Of a DNA stretch of 64,000 bases, positions 7,400 through 17,082 are shown one piece after another. Below the pieces are notes generated by a model. The model saw nothing but the letters and a program-made list of their open reading frames with translations, had not been told where the DNA came from and did not search any database. The stretch is from the IMG/VR virus record IMGVR_UViG_2881155292_000002; one strand, written 5' to 3'. Each line of letters starts with the position of its first letter. Positions within the stretch are counted from its first letter, which is position 1. The stretch is from a virus. The position numbers were made by a program, and so were the translations under genes.

Positions 7400-10150
7400 A
7401 TGCGGTATTTGACCCTCGGCTCCGAGGAACGGAGCTCCTATCGAATTTGCATTCTCGTCAACGATATCCGAAAGGATGAGATCCTCAAGCACTACATCAA
7501 GCCCTATGGCCTCAGCGAGGCCGAGATCATCGTCATCGATCTGCACCAGGCTCCGGGCAAGAAGAAGACGCCGGCGGCCGAGATGAAGGCCTACATCCAG
7601 GAGGAGCTGGCTCCGACTCTTGCCGACCTCAACGTCAAGTACCTGCTCGTCGCCGATGGTGAGTATTTCAAGACTTTCACCAAGGCCAAGACGGTCGACA
7701 AGGCGATCGGCTATGTGCTCGACACCGAGTTCGGCGACTGGAAGGTCGCCTACGTGCCCAACTACCGCACGGTCTTCTACGATCCGGTCAAGGTGACCCA
7801 GAAGATCGAGCTCGGCATCAATGCGCTGAAGAGCTGGCGGACCGGCACCTACCGGGATCCAGGCGTCGACATCATCAAGTTCGCCGAATATCCCCAGACC
7901 ATCGAAGAGATCAGCGACTGGCTAGATCGTCTCCTGGAGATGGACAAGGATCTGGCGATTGACATCGAGGGCTTCTCGCTGAAGCACTACGATTGCGGTA
8001 TCGGCACGATCTCGTTCGCCTGGTCGAAGACCGAAGGCATCGCCTTCCCGGTCGACTACGAACCCATCCCCGGCGCCACGGAAGCGCCATTCGGCCGCAA
8101 CGTCAGGAATGAACTGGTCCGAGCACTGCTCCGGGAGTTCTTCCGCAAATATCTGCGCAAGGCGGTTTATCACAACATCGCCTTCGACGTTTACGTCCTG
8201 ATCTACCAGCTGTTCATGGATGACCTGCTCGACAACGAGGGGCTCCTGCGCGGCCTGGAGATCATGCTCCGCAACTGGGACGACACCAAGCTCATCTCCT
8301 ACCTGGCTACCAACAGCTGCGCCGGCAACCGGCTCAGCCTCAAGGACCAGGCCCAGGAGTACGCTGGCGACTATGCCCAGGAGGAGATCAAGGACATCAC
8401 CAAAATACCCCTGCCGCAGCTCCTCCAGTACAACCTGGTCGACGCTCTCGGCACCTGGTTCGTTCATGAGAAGAACCACCCGAAGATGGTCGCTGACCAG
8501 CAAATTGACATCTACGAAACCATCTTCAAACCAGCCATCGTGGACATCGTCCAGATGCAGCTCACCGGAATGCCGATGGACATCGAGCAGGTGAAGCTGG
8601 TCAATCAGGCGCTGGAAGGCATCCGTGGTGATGCCTCAGATCGGATGCTTCAGCTGCCAATCATCCGAAAGTTCGAGTACATGCGCCTCGAAGCCTACAC
8701 GAATCTCAAGAATTCCGAGTGGGTTAAGAAGCGCATGACCATTGCAGAAATGGCTCAGCTCGCCCAGGAGAGCGAAAACGTCCGCAAGGAGGTGACGTTC
8801 AATCCGAATTCGGGCAATCAGCTGCAGCAGCTTCTCTACGAGGTTATCGGTCTTCCTGTCATTGATTATACCGATAACAAGCAGCCCGCCACCGGTGGCA
8901 AAACCCTCAAGAAACTCGTAAATCACACCTCGGATCCAGAGGTGAAGAATTTGCTCGAAGCGCTCATGGACTTCATGGCGGTCGAGACGATCCTCACCAA
9001 CTTCATGCCACACTTTCTCAATGCGCGGCTGGGTCCGGATGGTTGGCATTGGCTCTTTGGATTCTTCAATCTTGGCGGAACCGTCTCAGGACGGTTGTCG
9101 TCGAGCAAGGTGAATCTCCAGAACCTGCCGGCCAACGTCGACATGGCTTTGTCGGAAGCCTTGCTGGCGAAATTCCCGATCCTGGCACCGTTCGTAAAAG
9201 ACGGAAAGCTTAGTCTTGGGAAGTTCATCAAGAGCTGCTTTGTGGCACCTCCAGGCTGGTTCTTCTGTGGCATCGACTTCGCCTCACTAGAGGACCGGAT
9301 CTCGGCACTCACCACGAAGGACCCGAACAAGCTTAAGGTTTACACCGATGGCTACGACGGCCATTCAATGAGAGCTTATGCTTATTTCGGCGATCAGATG
9401 CCCGACATCGTGGATACGGTGGAGAGCATCAACACGATGGCTGATAAGGACCACGAGAACAGCAAGAAATATGGACCTCTTCGACAGGAATCGAAGACAC
9501 CTACGTTCCTGCTGACCTATGGCGGCACCTACATCGGCATCATGCAGCAGCTCGGCTGGGACGAGGCAAAGGCCAAATCGGTCGAGTCCAGCTACCATGA
9601 ACTCTACAAGGTCTCCGACGACTGGGTGAAAGCCAAGATCGTCCAGGCTTGCAAAGATGGATATGTCACCGCGGCCTTCGGGCTTAGGGTCAGGACGCCA
9701 ATGCTTCACCAGGTCGTGCTGGGCACTTCCAAGACGCCTTTCCAGGCTGAAGCGGAGGGCAGGACGGCCGGCAATGCATTGGGACAGTCCTGGTGCCTGC
9801 TCAATTCCCGAGCAGGCTCCGAGACCATGAGTCAGGTCAGGAAGAGCGAGTTCAAACACTCGATCAAGCCCTGCGCCCAGATCCACGATGCCCAATACTA
9901 TCTGGCCCGGGACAACGTCGACGTCATCGAACGCCTCAACAAGTGGGTGGTGAAAGCCTGTCAGTGGCAGAACCATCCCGACATCTGGCACGACGAGGTG
10001 AAGCTTGGTGGCGAGTTCGGTATTTTCTACCCGAACTGGAGCCATGAGGCAGTTATCCCCAACGATGCTACATCGTCGGAAATCTACGCCGCCTTCGAAA
10101 AGCACATCCACAAGCTGAACGGAAAACCAGCTCAAAAGCTTGCTGCATAA
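7400..10150 (+). CDS. family A DNA polymerase (N4 gp39-like)
   Basis: Exonuclease 'DIEG', 'GRLSSSKVNLQNLP', motif A 'DFASLE', motif B 'RQESKTPTFLLTYGG', motif C 'QIHDA'. Confidence 0.95.
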   Translation: MRYLTLGSEERSSYRICILVNDIRKDEILKHYIKPYGLSEAEIIVIDLHQAPGKKKTPAAEMKAYIQEELAPTLADLNVKYLLVADGEYFKTFTKAKTVDKAIGYVLDTEFGDWKVAYVPNYRTVFYDPVKVTQKIELGINALKSWRTGTYRDPGVDIIKFAEYPQTIEEISDWLDRLLEMDKDLAIDIEGFSLKHYDCGIGTISFAWSKTEGIAFPVDYEPIPGATEAPFGRNVRNELVRALLREFFRKYLRKAVYHNIAFDVYVLIYQLFMDDLLDNEGLLRGLEIMLRNWDDTKLISYLATNSCAGNRLSLKDQAQEYAGDYAQEEIKDITKIPLPQLLQYNLVDALGTWFVHEKNHPKMVADQQIDIYETIFKPAIVDIVQMQLTGMPMDIEQVKLVNQALEGIRGDASDRMLQLPIIRKFEYMRLEAYTNLKNSEWVKKRMTIAEMAQLAQESENVRKEVTFNPNSGNQLQQLLYEVIGLPVIDYTDNKQPATGGKTLKKLVNHTSDPEVKNLLEALMDFMAVETILTNFMPHFLNARLGPDGWHWLFGFFNLGGTVSGRLSSSKVNLQNLPANVDMALSEALLAKFPILAPFVKDGKLSLGKFIKSCFVAPPGWFFCGIDFASLEDRISALTTKDPNKLKVYTDGYDGHSMRAYAYFGDQMPDIVDTVESINTMADKDHENSKKYGPLRQESKTPTFLLTYGGTYIGIMQQLGWDEAKAKSVESSYHELYKVSDDWVKAKIVQACKDGYVTAAFGLRVRTPMLHQVVLGTSKTPFQAEAEGRTAGNALGQSWCLLNSRAGSETMSQVRKSEFKHSIKPCAQIHDAQYYLARDNVDVIERLNKWVVKACQWQNHPDIWHDEVKLGGEFGIFYPNWSHEAVIPNDATSSEIYAAFEKHIHKLNGKPAQKLAA

Positions 10151-10157
10151 GGATCAG

Positions 10158-10190
10158 GGGCCGGGAGGGAAACTTCCCGGCCTCATTATC
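10158..10190 (+). terminator. intrinsic terminator-like hairpin after DNA polymerase
   Basis: ggccgggagg-gaaa-cttcccggcc, with a weak T tail. Confidence 0.55.
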
Positions 10191-10200
10191 TTTGAATATC

Positions 10201-10216
10201 CCACAATAAAATGTGG
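10201..10216. promoter_or_regulatory. palindromic operator candidate CCACA-N6-TGTGG (copy 2)
   Basis: ccacaataaaatgtgg, flanked by C and G, extending the palindrome to 18 bp. Confidence 0.55.
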
Positions 10217-10389
10217 GCCAAAATCGAGATAACCGCCTTTCATAAAAACCGCGAAGGTTTATGAGTCGTGCCAACAACGACTCTCTGATCGGGATCTCGG
10301 AACCCCAACCGACACATCGTAGTGGATTTGCTCTGGCTTTTATTATCAAGCCGGATTAGGTTCATTATGTTTCAAAATATCTGGAGATA

Positions 10390-10713
10390 ATGCCTATCAT
10401 GTCCGACAAGATTCATTTCTGGCTCGTGGCCGCCCAGGTTGTGGTGGTCAATCCCAAGACCGGAGACCAGCGGGTCAGCCTCAACGCGTTGCTGACCACC
10501 AAGGAGAACTACATCGCCCGGCTCGACCTGGCCAATGCCCAGAAGGCCGTGCTCGGCCGCTTCAGCCAGACCGCCGAGCTGGGCAAGGATGACCAGGTCG
10601 CCGACGTCTTCACGGTGAGCATCAGCCATCTCGGCCACATGACGCCGGACGAGTTCCATGCCGGCTTCAACGATGCTCCCGCAGCTCCTGCCGCGGCGAA
10701 CCAGGTCAACTGA
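10390..10713 (+). CDS. conserved N4-like hypothetical protein
   Basis: GGAGA RBS; follows DNA polymerase as in N4-like phages. Confidence 0.75.
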   Translation: MPIMSDKIHFWLVAAQVVVVNPKTGDQRVSLNALLTTKENYIARLDLANAQKAVLGRFSQTAELGKDDQVADVFTVSISHLGHMTPDEFHAGFNDAPAAPAAANQVN

Positions 10714-10714
10714 C

Positions 10715-11140
10715 ATGAACGCCCCGGTCAAGAACCAGGAGTTCAAGGCGGACGGCGGCAAGCTCTTGCCGTCGCTCCTGCTGGAGGGCGTGCCAAGAGC
10801 CCTCATGCTGATCATCGCCGTCCTGTCCTACGGCGCCCAGAAATACGAGGCACACAGCTGGAAGCGTGTCGAGGCATATCGCTACAAGGACGCCAAGCTC
10901 CGGCACATGTTCGACGAGCTCGCCGGCCTCGGTATCACCGACCCGGAGAGCGGTCTGTTGCACCTGGCCCACGAAGCCTGCAACATCCTGTTCCTGCTGG
11001 AAATGAAACTCATGAATCTGCCGGCCGACGAGTTCCAGCAGCTTCTGCGCTTCAATGCGCCTCCGATGGATCACAAGGTCGCCGCGGCAAAAGCCGAAGC
11101 TGAAGCCCAGCTGATGGACCTCTCGAAAATCCTGACCTGA
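10715..11140 (+). CDS. dATP/dGTP diphosphohydrolase-domain protein (DUF5664-like)
   Basis: 'KADGGKL...VLSYGAQKYEAHSW...RH...DPESGLLHLAHEACNILFL' matches the family pattern. Confidence 0.8.
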   Translation: MNAPVKNQEFKADGGKLLPSLLLEGVPRALMLIIAVLSYGAQKYEAHSWKRVEAYRYKDAKLRHMFDELAGLGITDPESGLLHLAHEACNILFLLEMKLMNLPADEFQQLLRFNAPPMDHKVAAAKAEAEAQLMDLSKILT

Positions 11141-11167
11141 TTTTCAAATTATTATTGCAATAATGCG

Positions 11168-11195
11168 CCAAGGGGATATTCTTCAATCCCCTTGG
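11168..11195. promoter_or_regulatory. 10-bp inverted repeat upstream of the nuclease-primase operon
   Basis: ccaaggggat-attcttca-atccccttgg. Confidence 0.4.
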
Positions 11196-11240
11196 TGAGA
11201 TGCGCCCAAAATCCACCAGATAATCCCCTTCGAGGAAAAC

Positions 11241-12224
11241 ATGCGCCTGACAAATGTACACGGCCTTAGCTTGCCGTTGGCGGTTTGGCTGCTCCACGAT
11301 GAGTACGACTACATCGACGAGCCCAATTACATCTCGGCCACCAGCCTGCTGAAAAGCACCCGCCAGCTGGTCCTGTCGCGCCGGGTGAACCATGAAGAGA
11401 GGGAGGTCGACATCTCGGCTTTCCTGGCTTCCAGCATGGGAACCGCCATCCACGATTCGATCGAGAAGGCGTGGACCAAGTCCGGCCGCTGGGCGATGAA
11501 GAAGCTGGGCTACCCGGACCACATCGCCGAGAACATCTGCGTCAACCCGTCCGAGGAACAGCTGCTCGCCAACACGGCGCTGATCCCGGTGTGGATGGAA
11601 CAGCGGGCCTTCCGCGATATCACGGTCAACGGCGTCACCTACAAGATCGGTGGCAAGTTCGACCTGGTTCTCCAGGGACGCCTGTTCGACGCCAAGTCGA
11701 CTTCGGTGTTCGCCTATCTCCTGGGTCGCAAGGACCAGGACTACGCGCTCCAGGGCGGCATCTATCGCTGGCTCAATCCTGAGCTCATCACCGACGAGCA
11801 CATCTTCATCCAGTTCATCTTCACGGACTGGCAGAAGGCCCGAGCCCGTGGTGATGCGGATTATCCGCAGACCAAGGCGATCGAGTATCCGGTGCTCATG
11901 CCCTCCCTGGAGGAGACCGAGCGGTTCATCCGGAACAAGCTCACCGAGATCCAGAAATACGCCAACTCGCCGGACGAGGAGATCCCCTACTGCACCGACA
12001 AGGAGCTGTGGCGCGGAGAGACCGTCTACAAATATTACTCGGACCCGAGCAAGACCAGCGGCCGATCCACCAAGAACTTCGACGACAAGTCCGAAGCCCA
12101 TGCCTTCATGGCATCCAAGGGCGGCAAGGGCATCGTTGTCGCAGTCGCCGGTGAGGTCAAGGCTTGCGAATGGTGCCCGGCGTTCAATGCCTGCAAGCAA
12201 AAGGATCAATACTTTGTCTCTTGA
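11241..12224 (+). CDS. PD-(D/E)xK nuclease (N4 gp42-like, RecB/Cas4-like fold)
   Basis: 'SATSLLKSTRQ', 'GTAIHDSIE', 'GGKFDLVLQGRLFDAKST', C-terminal C-x2-C...C. Confidence 0.8.
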   Translation: MRLTNVHGLSLPLAVWLLHDEYDYIDEPNYISATSLLKSTRQLVLSRRVNHEEREVDISAFLASSMGTAIHDSIEKAWTKSGRWAMKKLGYPDHIAENICVNPSEEQLLANTALIPVWMEQRAFRDITVNGVTYKIGGKFDLVLQGRLFDAKSTSVFAYLLGRKDQDYALQGGIYRWLNPELITDEHIFIQFIFTDWQKARARGDADYPQTKAIEYPVLMPSLEETERFIRNKLTEIQKYANSPDEEIPYCTDKELWRGETVYKYYSDPSKTSGRSTKNFDDKSEAHAFMASKGGKGIVVAVAGEVKACEWCPAFNACKQKDQYFVS

Positions 12225-14373
12225 CCTCTCAACCGTCGATCACCATCCGGCCCTGGAGGAGATCGTCGATATCCTTTGCTCGAAGACCCAGAACACCGAC
12301 CGCGGCTTCTTCCGGACCGAGGTCGCCTACTTCATGGGCAAGATGGCATCGACCATGCGGGCCACGATCCAGACCAAGGACCGTGGCGAGATGCCGGTGA
12401 ACATCTATGCGCTCGCCCTGGCCACTTCCGGCTACGGCAAGGGCCACTCGGTCGGCATCATGGAGGAGGAATTCCTCAAGGGCTTCAAGACCCGCTTCAT
12501 GGAAGATACCTTCCCGGTGGTCGCCGACCAGAACCTGTGGGTGATCGCCAACAGTCGGGCTGCCCGCAACGGCACCGACCAGCAGGAGGAATACGACAAG
12601 GCTGCGAAGGAATTCCGCCAGGCCGGCGCCTATCCCTTCACCTTCGACTCCGGCACCCCGCCGGCGGTCAAGCAGCTGCGCCAGAAGCTCCTGATGGCCA
12701 CCTGTGGCTCAGTCAACCTGCAGATCGATGAGATCGGCTCGAACCTGCTGCAGAACGCCGAGCTGCTGATCCTGTTCCTGGAGCTCTACGACCAGGGCCT
12801 GGTCAAGCAGAAGCTGACCAAGAACACGGCCGAGAACCAGCGGGCCGAGGACATGGAAGGCAAGACGCCGACCAACATGCTGCTCTTCGGAACGCCGTCG
12901 AAGCTGTTCGATGGATCCAAGACCGAGGAGGAGTTCTATTCCTTTCTCGAGACCGGCTATGCCCGTCGCTGCCTGTTCGGCTACGGCGTGCAGAACAGCC
13001 GTGCCCACCAGAACCAGACGGCGGAAGAGGTCTTCAAGTCGCTCACCCAGACGGGTGTCGATGCCGCCGTCACCAAATGGGCTCGCCACTTCTACACGCT
13101 GGCCGACCCGGCGGTGTTCGGCTGGAAGATGGAAGTCCCCGACTCGGTCTCGATCGCGGCTCTCGCCTATCGCATCGAATGCGAAAAGCAGGCCGAGAAG
13201 ATGGCCGATCATGAGGAGATCAAGAAGGCCGAGCTGTCGCACCGCTACATGAAGGCGCTCAAGCTCGCCGGCGCCTATGCCTTCGTCGATGGATCCACCG
13301 AGATCCTGATGGAGCATCTGTCATCGGCGATCAAGCTGGTCGAGGAGTCCGGGGCTGCGTTCCAGACCATCCTCAACCGCGAGAAGACCTACGTGAAGCT
13401 GGCCAAGTACATCGCCGGCATCGGCACGGAAGTCACCCATGCCGATCTCCACGAGGCCCTGCCGTTCTACAAGTCGAGCCAGGCGGCGAGGAACGAGATG
13501 ATGACCTTGGCGACAGCCTGGGGCTACAAGAAGCACATCATCATCAAGAAGTCGTTCGCCGACGGCATCGAGCTCTTCAAGGGCGAGACGCTGAAGGAGA
13601 CTGACCTCGACAAGATCGTCGTCTCCTACTCGAACCACTGGGCCTACAACTACCTGCCCGAGGAGGTGCCGTTCGACAAGCTGCACATCCTCACCCAGAC
13701 GGCCGACTTCCACTGGGCGAACCACCACTTCAAGGGCGGTCACCGCTCGGAGGAGAACGTGCTGGCTGGCTTCAACATGATCGCCATCGACGTCGACGGC
13801 GGGGCTTCGCTCCATCAGGCTCACGAGCTGATGAAGGAGTTCAAGTTCCTCACCTACACGACCAAGCGTCATTGCGACGAGGAGAACCGCTTCCGGCTGA
13901 TGATGCCGATCAACTACCGCCTCGAGCTCGACCACGACGAATACAAGGAGTTCATGAACAACATCATGGACTGGCTACCGTTTGCGACCGACGAGTCGGC
14001 CAACCAGCGAGCCAAGAAGTGGGAAAGCTTCGCCGGCGGGCAACATCACTACAACCTGGAGGGCGAGATCCTCGACGTGCTGAACTTCATCCCGAAGACC
14101 AGCCGGAACGAGCTCTACAAGAAGTCGAGCCAGGACCTTGGTTCCCTCGACAACCTGGAACGCTGGTTCGCCTCCAGGATCGCCACCGGCAACCGCAACA
14201 ACCAGATGATCAAGTACGCCCTGTGCCTGGTCGATGCTGGTTGGGATCTGCCAGCGGTGCAGGCCCAGGTGCATGCGTTCAACAAGAAACTGTCGGACAG
14301 CATGACCGAGCAGGAGATCGATTCTACAATTTTGGTCACCGTGGCGAAACGCTTTCAACAGCAAAACGCATGA
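12214..14373 (+). CDS. DNA primase (N4 gp43-like)
   Basis: TTG start at 12214 after AAGGA; 'SGYGKGHS', 'QIDEIGSNL', 'IDVDGG', 'YTTKRH', C-terminal 'GNRNNQM' PriCT-like region. Confidence 0.9.
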   Translation: MSLDLSTVDHHPALEEIVDILCSKTQNTDRGFFRTEVAYFMGKMASTMRATIQTKDRGEMPVNIYALALATSGYGKGHSVGIMEEEFLKGFKTRFMEDTFPVVADQNLWVIANSRAARNGTDQQEEYDKAAKEFRQAGAYPFTFDSGTPPAVKQLRQKLLMATCGSVNLQIDEIGSNLLQNAELLILFLELYDQGLVKQKLTKNTAENQRAEDMEGKTPTNMLLFGTPSKLFDGSKTEEEFYSFLETGYARRCLFGYGVQNSRAHQNQTAEEVFKSLTQTGVDAAVTKWARHFYTLADPAVFGWKMEVPDSVSIAALAYRIECEKQAEKMADHEEIKKAELSHRYMKALKLAGAYAFVDGSTEILMEHLSSAIKLVEESGAAFQTILNREKTYVKLAKYIAGIGTEVTHADLHEALPFYKSSQAARNEMMTLATAWGYKKHIIIKKSFADGIELFKGETLKETDLDKIVVSYSNHWAYNYLPEEVPFDKLHILTQTADFHWANHHFKGGHRSEENVLAGFNMIAIDVDGGASLHQAHELMKEFKFLTYTTKRHCDEENRFRLMMPINYRLELDHDEYKEFMNNIMDWLPFATDESANQRAKKWESFAGGQHHYNLEGEILDVLNFIPKTSRNELYKKSSQDLGSLDNLERWFASRIATGNRNNQMIKYALCLVDAGWDLPAVQAQVHAFNKKLSDSMTEQEIDSTILVTVAKRFQQQNA

Positions 14374-14912
14374 CGATGATCGAGATCTTCAACGGCCGAT
14401 ACTCTGTTGACGAAGACGGTAACGTCTATTCTCTGCGAAATAATGCGGGGAATAGACGGGCTGCTCCTAAATTGATGAAGCTGCGTCTGTCCAAAGAAGG
14501 TTACCTAACAGTGACCTTAACCACCGATACCGGGCGCCTATTCTGCCAGGTTCATCGATTGGTTGCTCAGGCTTTTATCCCCAATCCGATGAACAAGCCG
14601 GAGGTAAACCACAGGGACGGGATCAAGATTCACAACCGTAAGACCAATCTCGAGTGGGCTACGGAGAGTGAGAATGCACAGCACGCATTCCAACTCGGCC
14701 TTCGCGTCGGCAATCCGACCTGGGCAGGGAAAATCAATGCGGATTGTCCCAACAGCAAACCAGTCAACCAACTGGGTTTGGACGGGCAGTTGATCCAGAC
14801 CTTTCCTTCGATGGCTGAAGCTCGCCGGCACGGGTTCTCGCAAGGGAACATCAGCATGGTGATCTCAGGACAACGAGATCATCACAAAGGGTTCAAATGG
14901 GCCTTTGCTTGA
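14370..14912 (+). CDS. HNH homing endonuclease (NUMOD4-HNH-NUMOD1, I-HmuI-like)
   Basis: 'YSVDEDGNVYS', 'VHRLVAQAFIPNPMNKPEVNHRDGIKIHNRKTNLEW', 'KPVNQ...FPSMAEARR...GFKW'; ATGA overlap with primase; lower GC. Confidence 0.9.
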   Translation: MTMIEIFNGRYSVDEDGNVYSLRNNAGNRRAAPKLMKLRLSKEGYLTVTLTTDTGRLFCQVHRLVAQAFIPNPMNKPEVNHRDGIKIHNRKTNLEWATESENAQHAFQLGLRVGNPTWAGKINADCPNSKPVNQLGLDGQLIQTFPSMAEARRHGFSQGNISMVISGQRDHHKGFKWAFA

Positions 14913-14942
14913 AGAAGGCTTGAGCAATCGAGCCTTCTTTTC
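14912..14942 (+). terminator. intrinsic terminator
   Basis: gaaggcttga-gcaa-tcgagccttc-tttt. Confidence 0.75.
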
Positions 14943-14986
14943 TGGCTCGATTATCTCCAATAATCCGCAACTAAATCGAGGTTAAT

Positions 14987-15718
14987 ATGGCAGAAACAAA
15001 CGACCAGCTGGTGCTGGTGTCGGGCTTCTCCGGCACCGGCAAGAGCGCCAGTCTGCGCAACATCAAGGATCAGGAACAGTGGATGTACCTGAACACCGAG
15101 GCCGGCAAGCGATTGCCGTTCCGGAACCAGTTCAAGAACTTCCGCATCTCCGATCCCTATCAGGTGCTGGAAGGCTTCGATCACGCGATCGCTAACCCGG
15201 ACAAGTTCAAGGGTGTCATCGTCGACTCAGTGACGTTCCTCATGGACATGTACGAGTCGGTCTACGTGCTCGGCGCCAACGACACCCAGAAGGCCTGGGG
15301 CAACTTCGCCCAGTTCTTCAAGGAGCTGATGCAGCAGAAGGTGGTGCAGTTCGGCAAGCCGACGATCGTCACCGCCCACCTGCTCGATAAGCTCGACTCC
15401 ACCAAGTACGAGCTGAAGACCGAGGTGCCGATCAAGGGTGCGCTGAAGAACAACGGCGTCGAAGCCTACTTCTCGACCGTGGTGTCGACCAAGAAGGTGT
15501 CGCTGCTGGAGCTGGAGAAATACGGCTCCGACCTGCTCACCATCACTGACGAAGACCGGGAGCTGGGCTTCAAGCACGTCTTCCAGACCCGGATCACCAA
15601 GGAAACGACCGGGGAACGCATCCGGTCGCCGATGGGGATGTTCACCAAGGAGCAGACCTTCATCGACAACGACTGCCAGCTCCTCCTGGATCATCTGGCA
15701 AAGTTCTACGCCAACTGA
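14987..15718 (+). CDS. Sak4-like AAA ATPase (N4 gp44-like)
   Basis: Walker A 'GFSGTGKS', 'IVDSVTFL'; sits next to SSB. Confidence 0.85.
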   Translation: MAETNDQLVLVSGFSGTGKSASLRNIKDQEQWMYLNTEAGKRLPFRNQFKNFRISDPYQVLEGFDHAIANPDKFKGVIVDSVTFLMDMYESVYVLGANDTQKAWGNFAQFFKELMQQKVVQFGKPTIVTAHLLDKLDSTKYELKTEVPIKGALKNNGVEAYFSTVVSTKKVSLLELEKYGSDLLTITDEDRELGFKHVFQTRITKETTGERIRSPMGMFTKEQTFIDNDCQLLLDHLAKFYAN

Positions 15719-15768
15719 TCCAGAAACCGCAAAACCAACCTGAACTAAACCACTGAAAGGACTACCAA

Positions 15769-16515
15769 ATGTCGAATCTCTTCGGCGGACTGACCACCGA
15801 CGGTCTCGAGGAAACCCAGGACCGTCTCGGCGGGTTCCGGATCCACGATTCCGGCCCGTACACCGGCACCATCAAGGCGGCTTACGCCGGCGCGGCTGCC
15901 AGTTCCAAAGCCCAGTCGATCACCGTGATCCTCGCCACCGACGATGCCGGCGAGTATCGCGAGACATTCTGGATCACCAACAAGAACGGTGAGAACTTCT
16001 TCACCAAGGACGGCAAGAAGCAGCCGCTGCCGGGCTTCACCCATGTCGACGACATGTGCCTGGTCACGACCAACAAGCCCCTCGCCGCCCAGGCGACCGA
16101 GGAGAAGGTCATGAACATCTATGACCCGGACCAGAAGAAGGAAGTGCCGAAGGGCGTCCAGATGCTGGTCGAGCTGCTCGGCAAGAAGGTCACCTTCGGC
16201 ATCCTCAAGGAGCTGAAGAACAAGCAGGCCAAGAACTCGGCCGGCGTCTACGAGGATACGGCCGACAGCCGTGAGGAGAATGTCACCGACAAGATCTTCC
16301 ACTACCCGTCGAACCTGACCGTCGTCGAGGCCCGCAAGCAGATCCAGACCCCGACCTTCTACGGCGCCTGGGTCGAGAAGAACAAGGGCCAGACCCGCGA
16401 TCGTCGCTCGATCAAGGACGGCGTCGGCGGCCAGGCCGGTCGTTCCGGCAAGCCGGGAATGCCTCCCAAGGCCAACGACAGCGCGGCCAAGACCACCTCG
16501 CTGTTCGGCGCGTAA
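15769..16515 (+). CDS. single-stranded DNA-binding protein (N4 gp45-like)
   Basis: 'YRETFWITNK', 'QPLPGF', 'NVTDKIFH', C-terminal 'SLFG'; N4 synteny. Confidence 0.85.
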   Translation: MSNLFGGLTTDGLEETQDRLGGFRIHDSGPYTGTIKAAYAGAAASSKAQSITVILATDDAGEYRETFWITNKNGENFFTKDGKKQPLPGFTHVDDMCLVTTNKPLAAQATEEKVMNIYDPDQKKEVPKGVQMLVELLGKKVTFGILKELKNKQAKNSAGVYEDTADSREENVTDKIFHYPSNLTVVEARKQIQTPTFYGAWVEKNKGQTRDRRSIKDGVGGQAGRSGKPGMPPKANDSAAKTTSLFGA

Positions 16516-16525
16516 GGGGCAGGCA

Positions 16526-17079
16526 ATGCTCATCCCCGTCCTCGGCATGGATCCGGCTCTCGTGAACTGGGGCCTTGCCGAGGCCAACCTCTGCTTGAAG
16601 ACTGGCGTGCTTTCGACCCCCACCTCACCCTGATCCATCCGGAGGAGTTGAAGGGCAAGCAGGTGCGCCAGAATTCAAACGACCTGCACCGGTCCGAGCA
16701 GCTCTCGGCTCCGGTGTTCGCCGCGGCACGCAAGGCGAAGGTCATCTTCGCCGAGGTGCCTGTTGGTTCGCAATCAGCCAGGGCGATGGCCAGCTACGGC
16801 ATCTGTGTCGGCATCCTGGGAGCTCTCCGGGCAGCAGGGCATCAGGTGATCGAGGTCACCGCCACGGAATCGAAACTGATTTTCACAGGGGACAAGAACG
16901 CCACCAAGCGAGATATGATCGACAGGGCGGTCGAGCTTTACCCTGATGCGAATTTTCCGGTGCATGCCGGCAAGATTCCAGATAAAGCTGAACACCTTGC
17001 TGATGGGATCGCTGCCATCCATTCGGGCGTGAGAACGCCTGTGTTCCAGAACTTACTCCGACTTTTCCAAGAGGTTTGA
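16526..17079 (+). CDS. RuvC-like Holliday junction resolvase (N4 gp46-like), frameshifted in this sequence
   Basis: The N-terminus 'MLIPVLGMDPALVNWG' (16526, stop at 16633) and the remainder ('FAEVPVGSQ', 'EHLADGIAA') are in different frames. One extra C in the C5 run at 16617-16621 joins them. Confidence 0.8.
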
Positions 17080-17082
17080 ACC

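Noticed and set aside
7400-10150. Intein in DNA polymerase or helicase
   Set aside because: No C/S...HN-C/S/T splice junctions or LAGLIDADG motifs; the lengths are close to N4 homologues.
10715-11140. 2-aminoadenine (Z-genome) system
   Set aside because: No PurZ (adenylosuccinate synthetase-like) or HD dATPase gene is visible in the window.
11650-12213. N-terminal ~190 aa of the 907-aa ORF in the track
   Set aside because: Overlaps the gp42-like gene in another frame and is Ser/Arg-rich nonsense; the primase starts at TTG 12214 behind an AAGGA RBS.
5370-16638. Long - strand ORFs opposite helicase, polymerase, nuclease, primase and SSB
   Set aside because: Antisense shadows of well-supported + strand genes.
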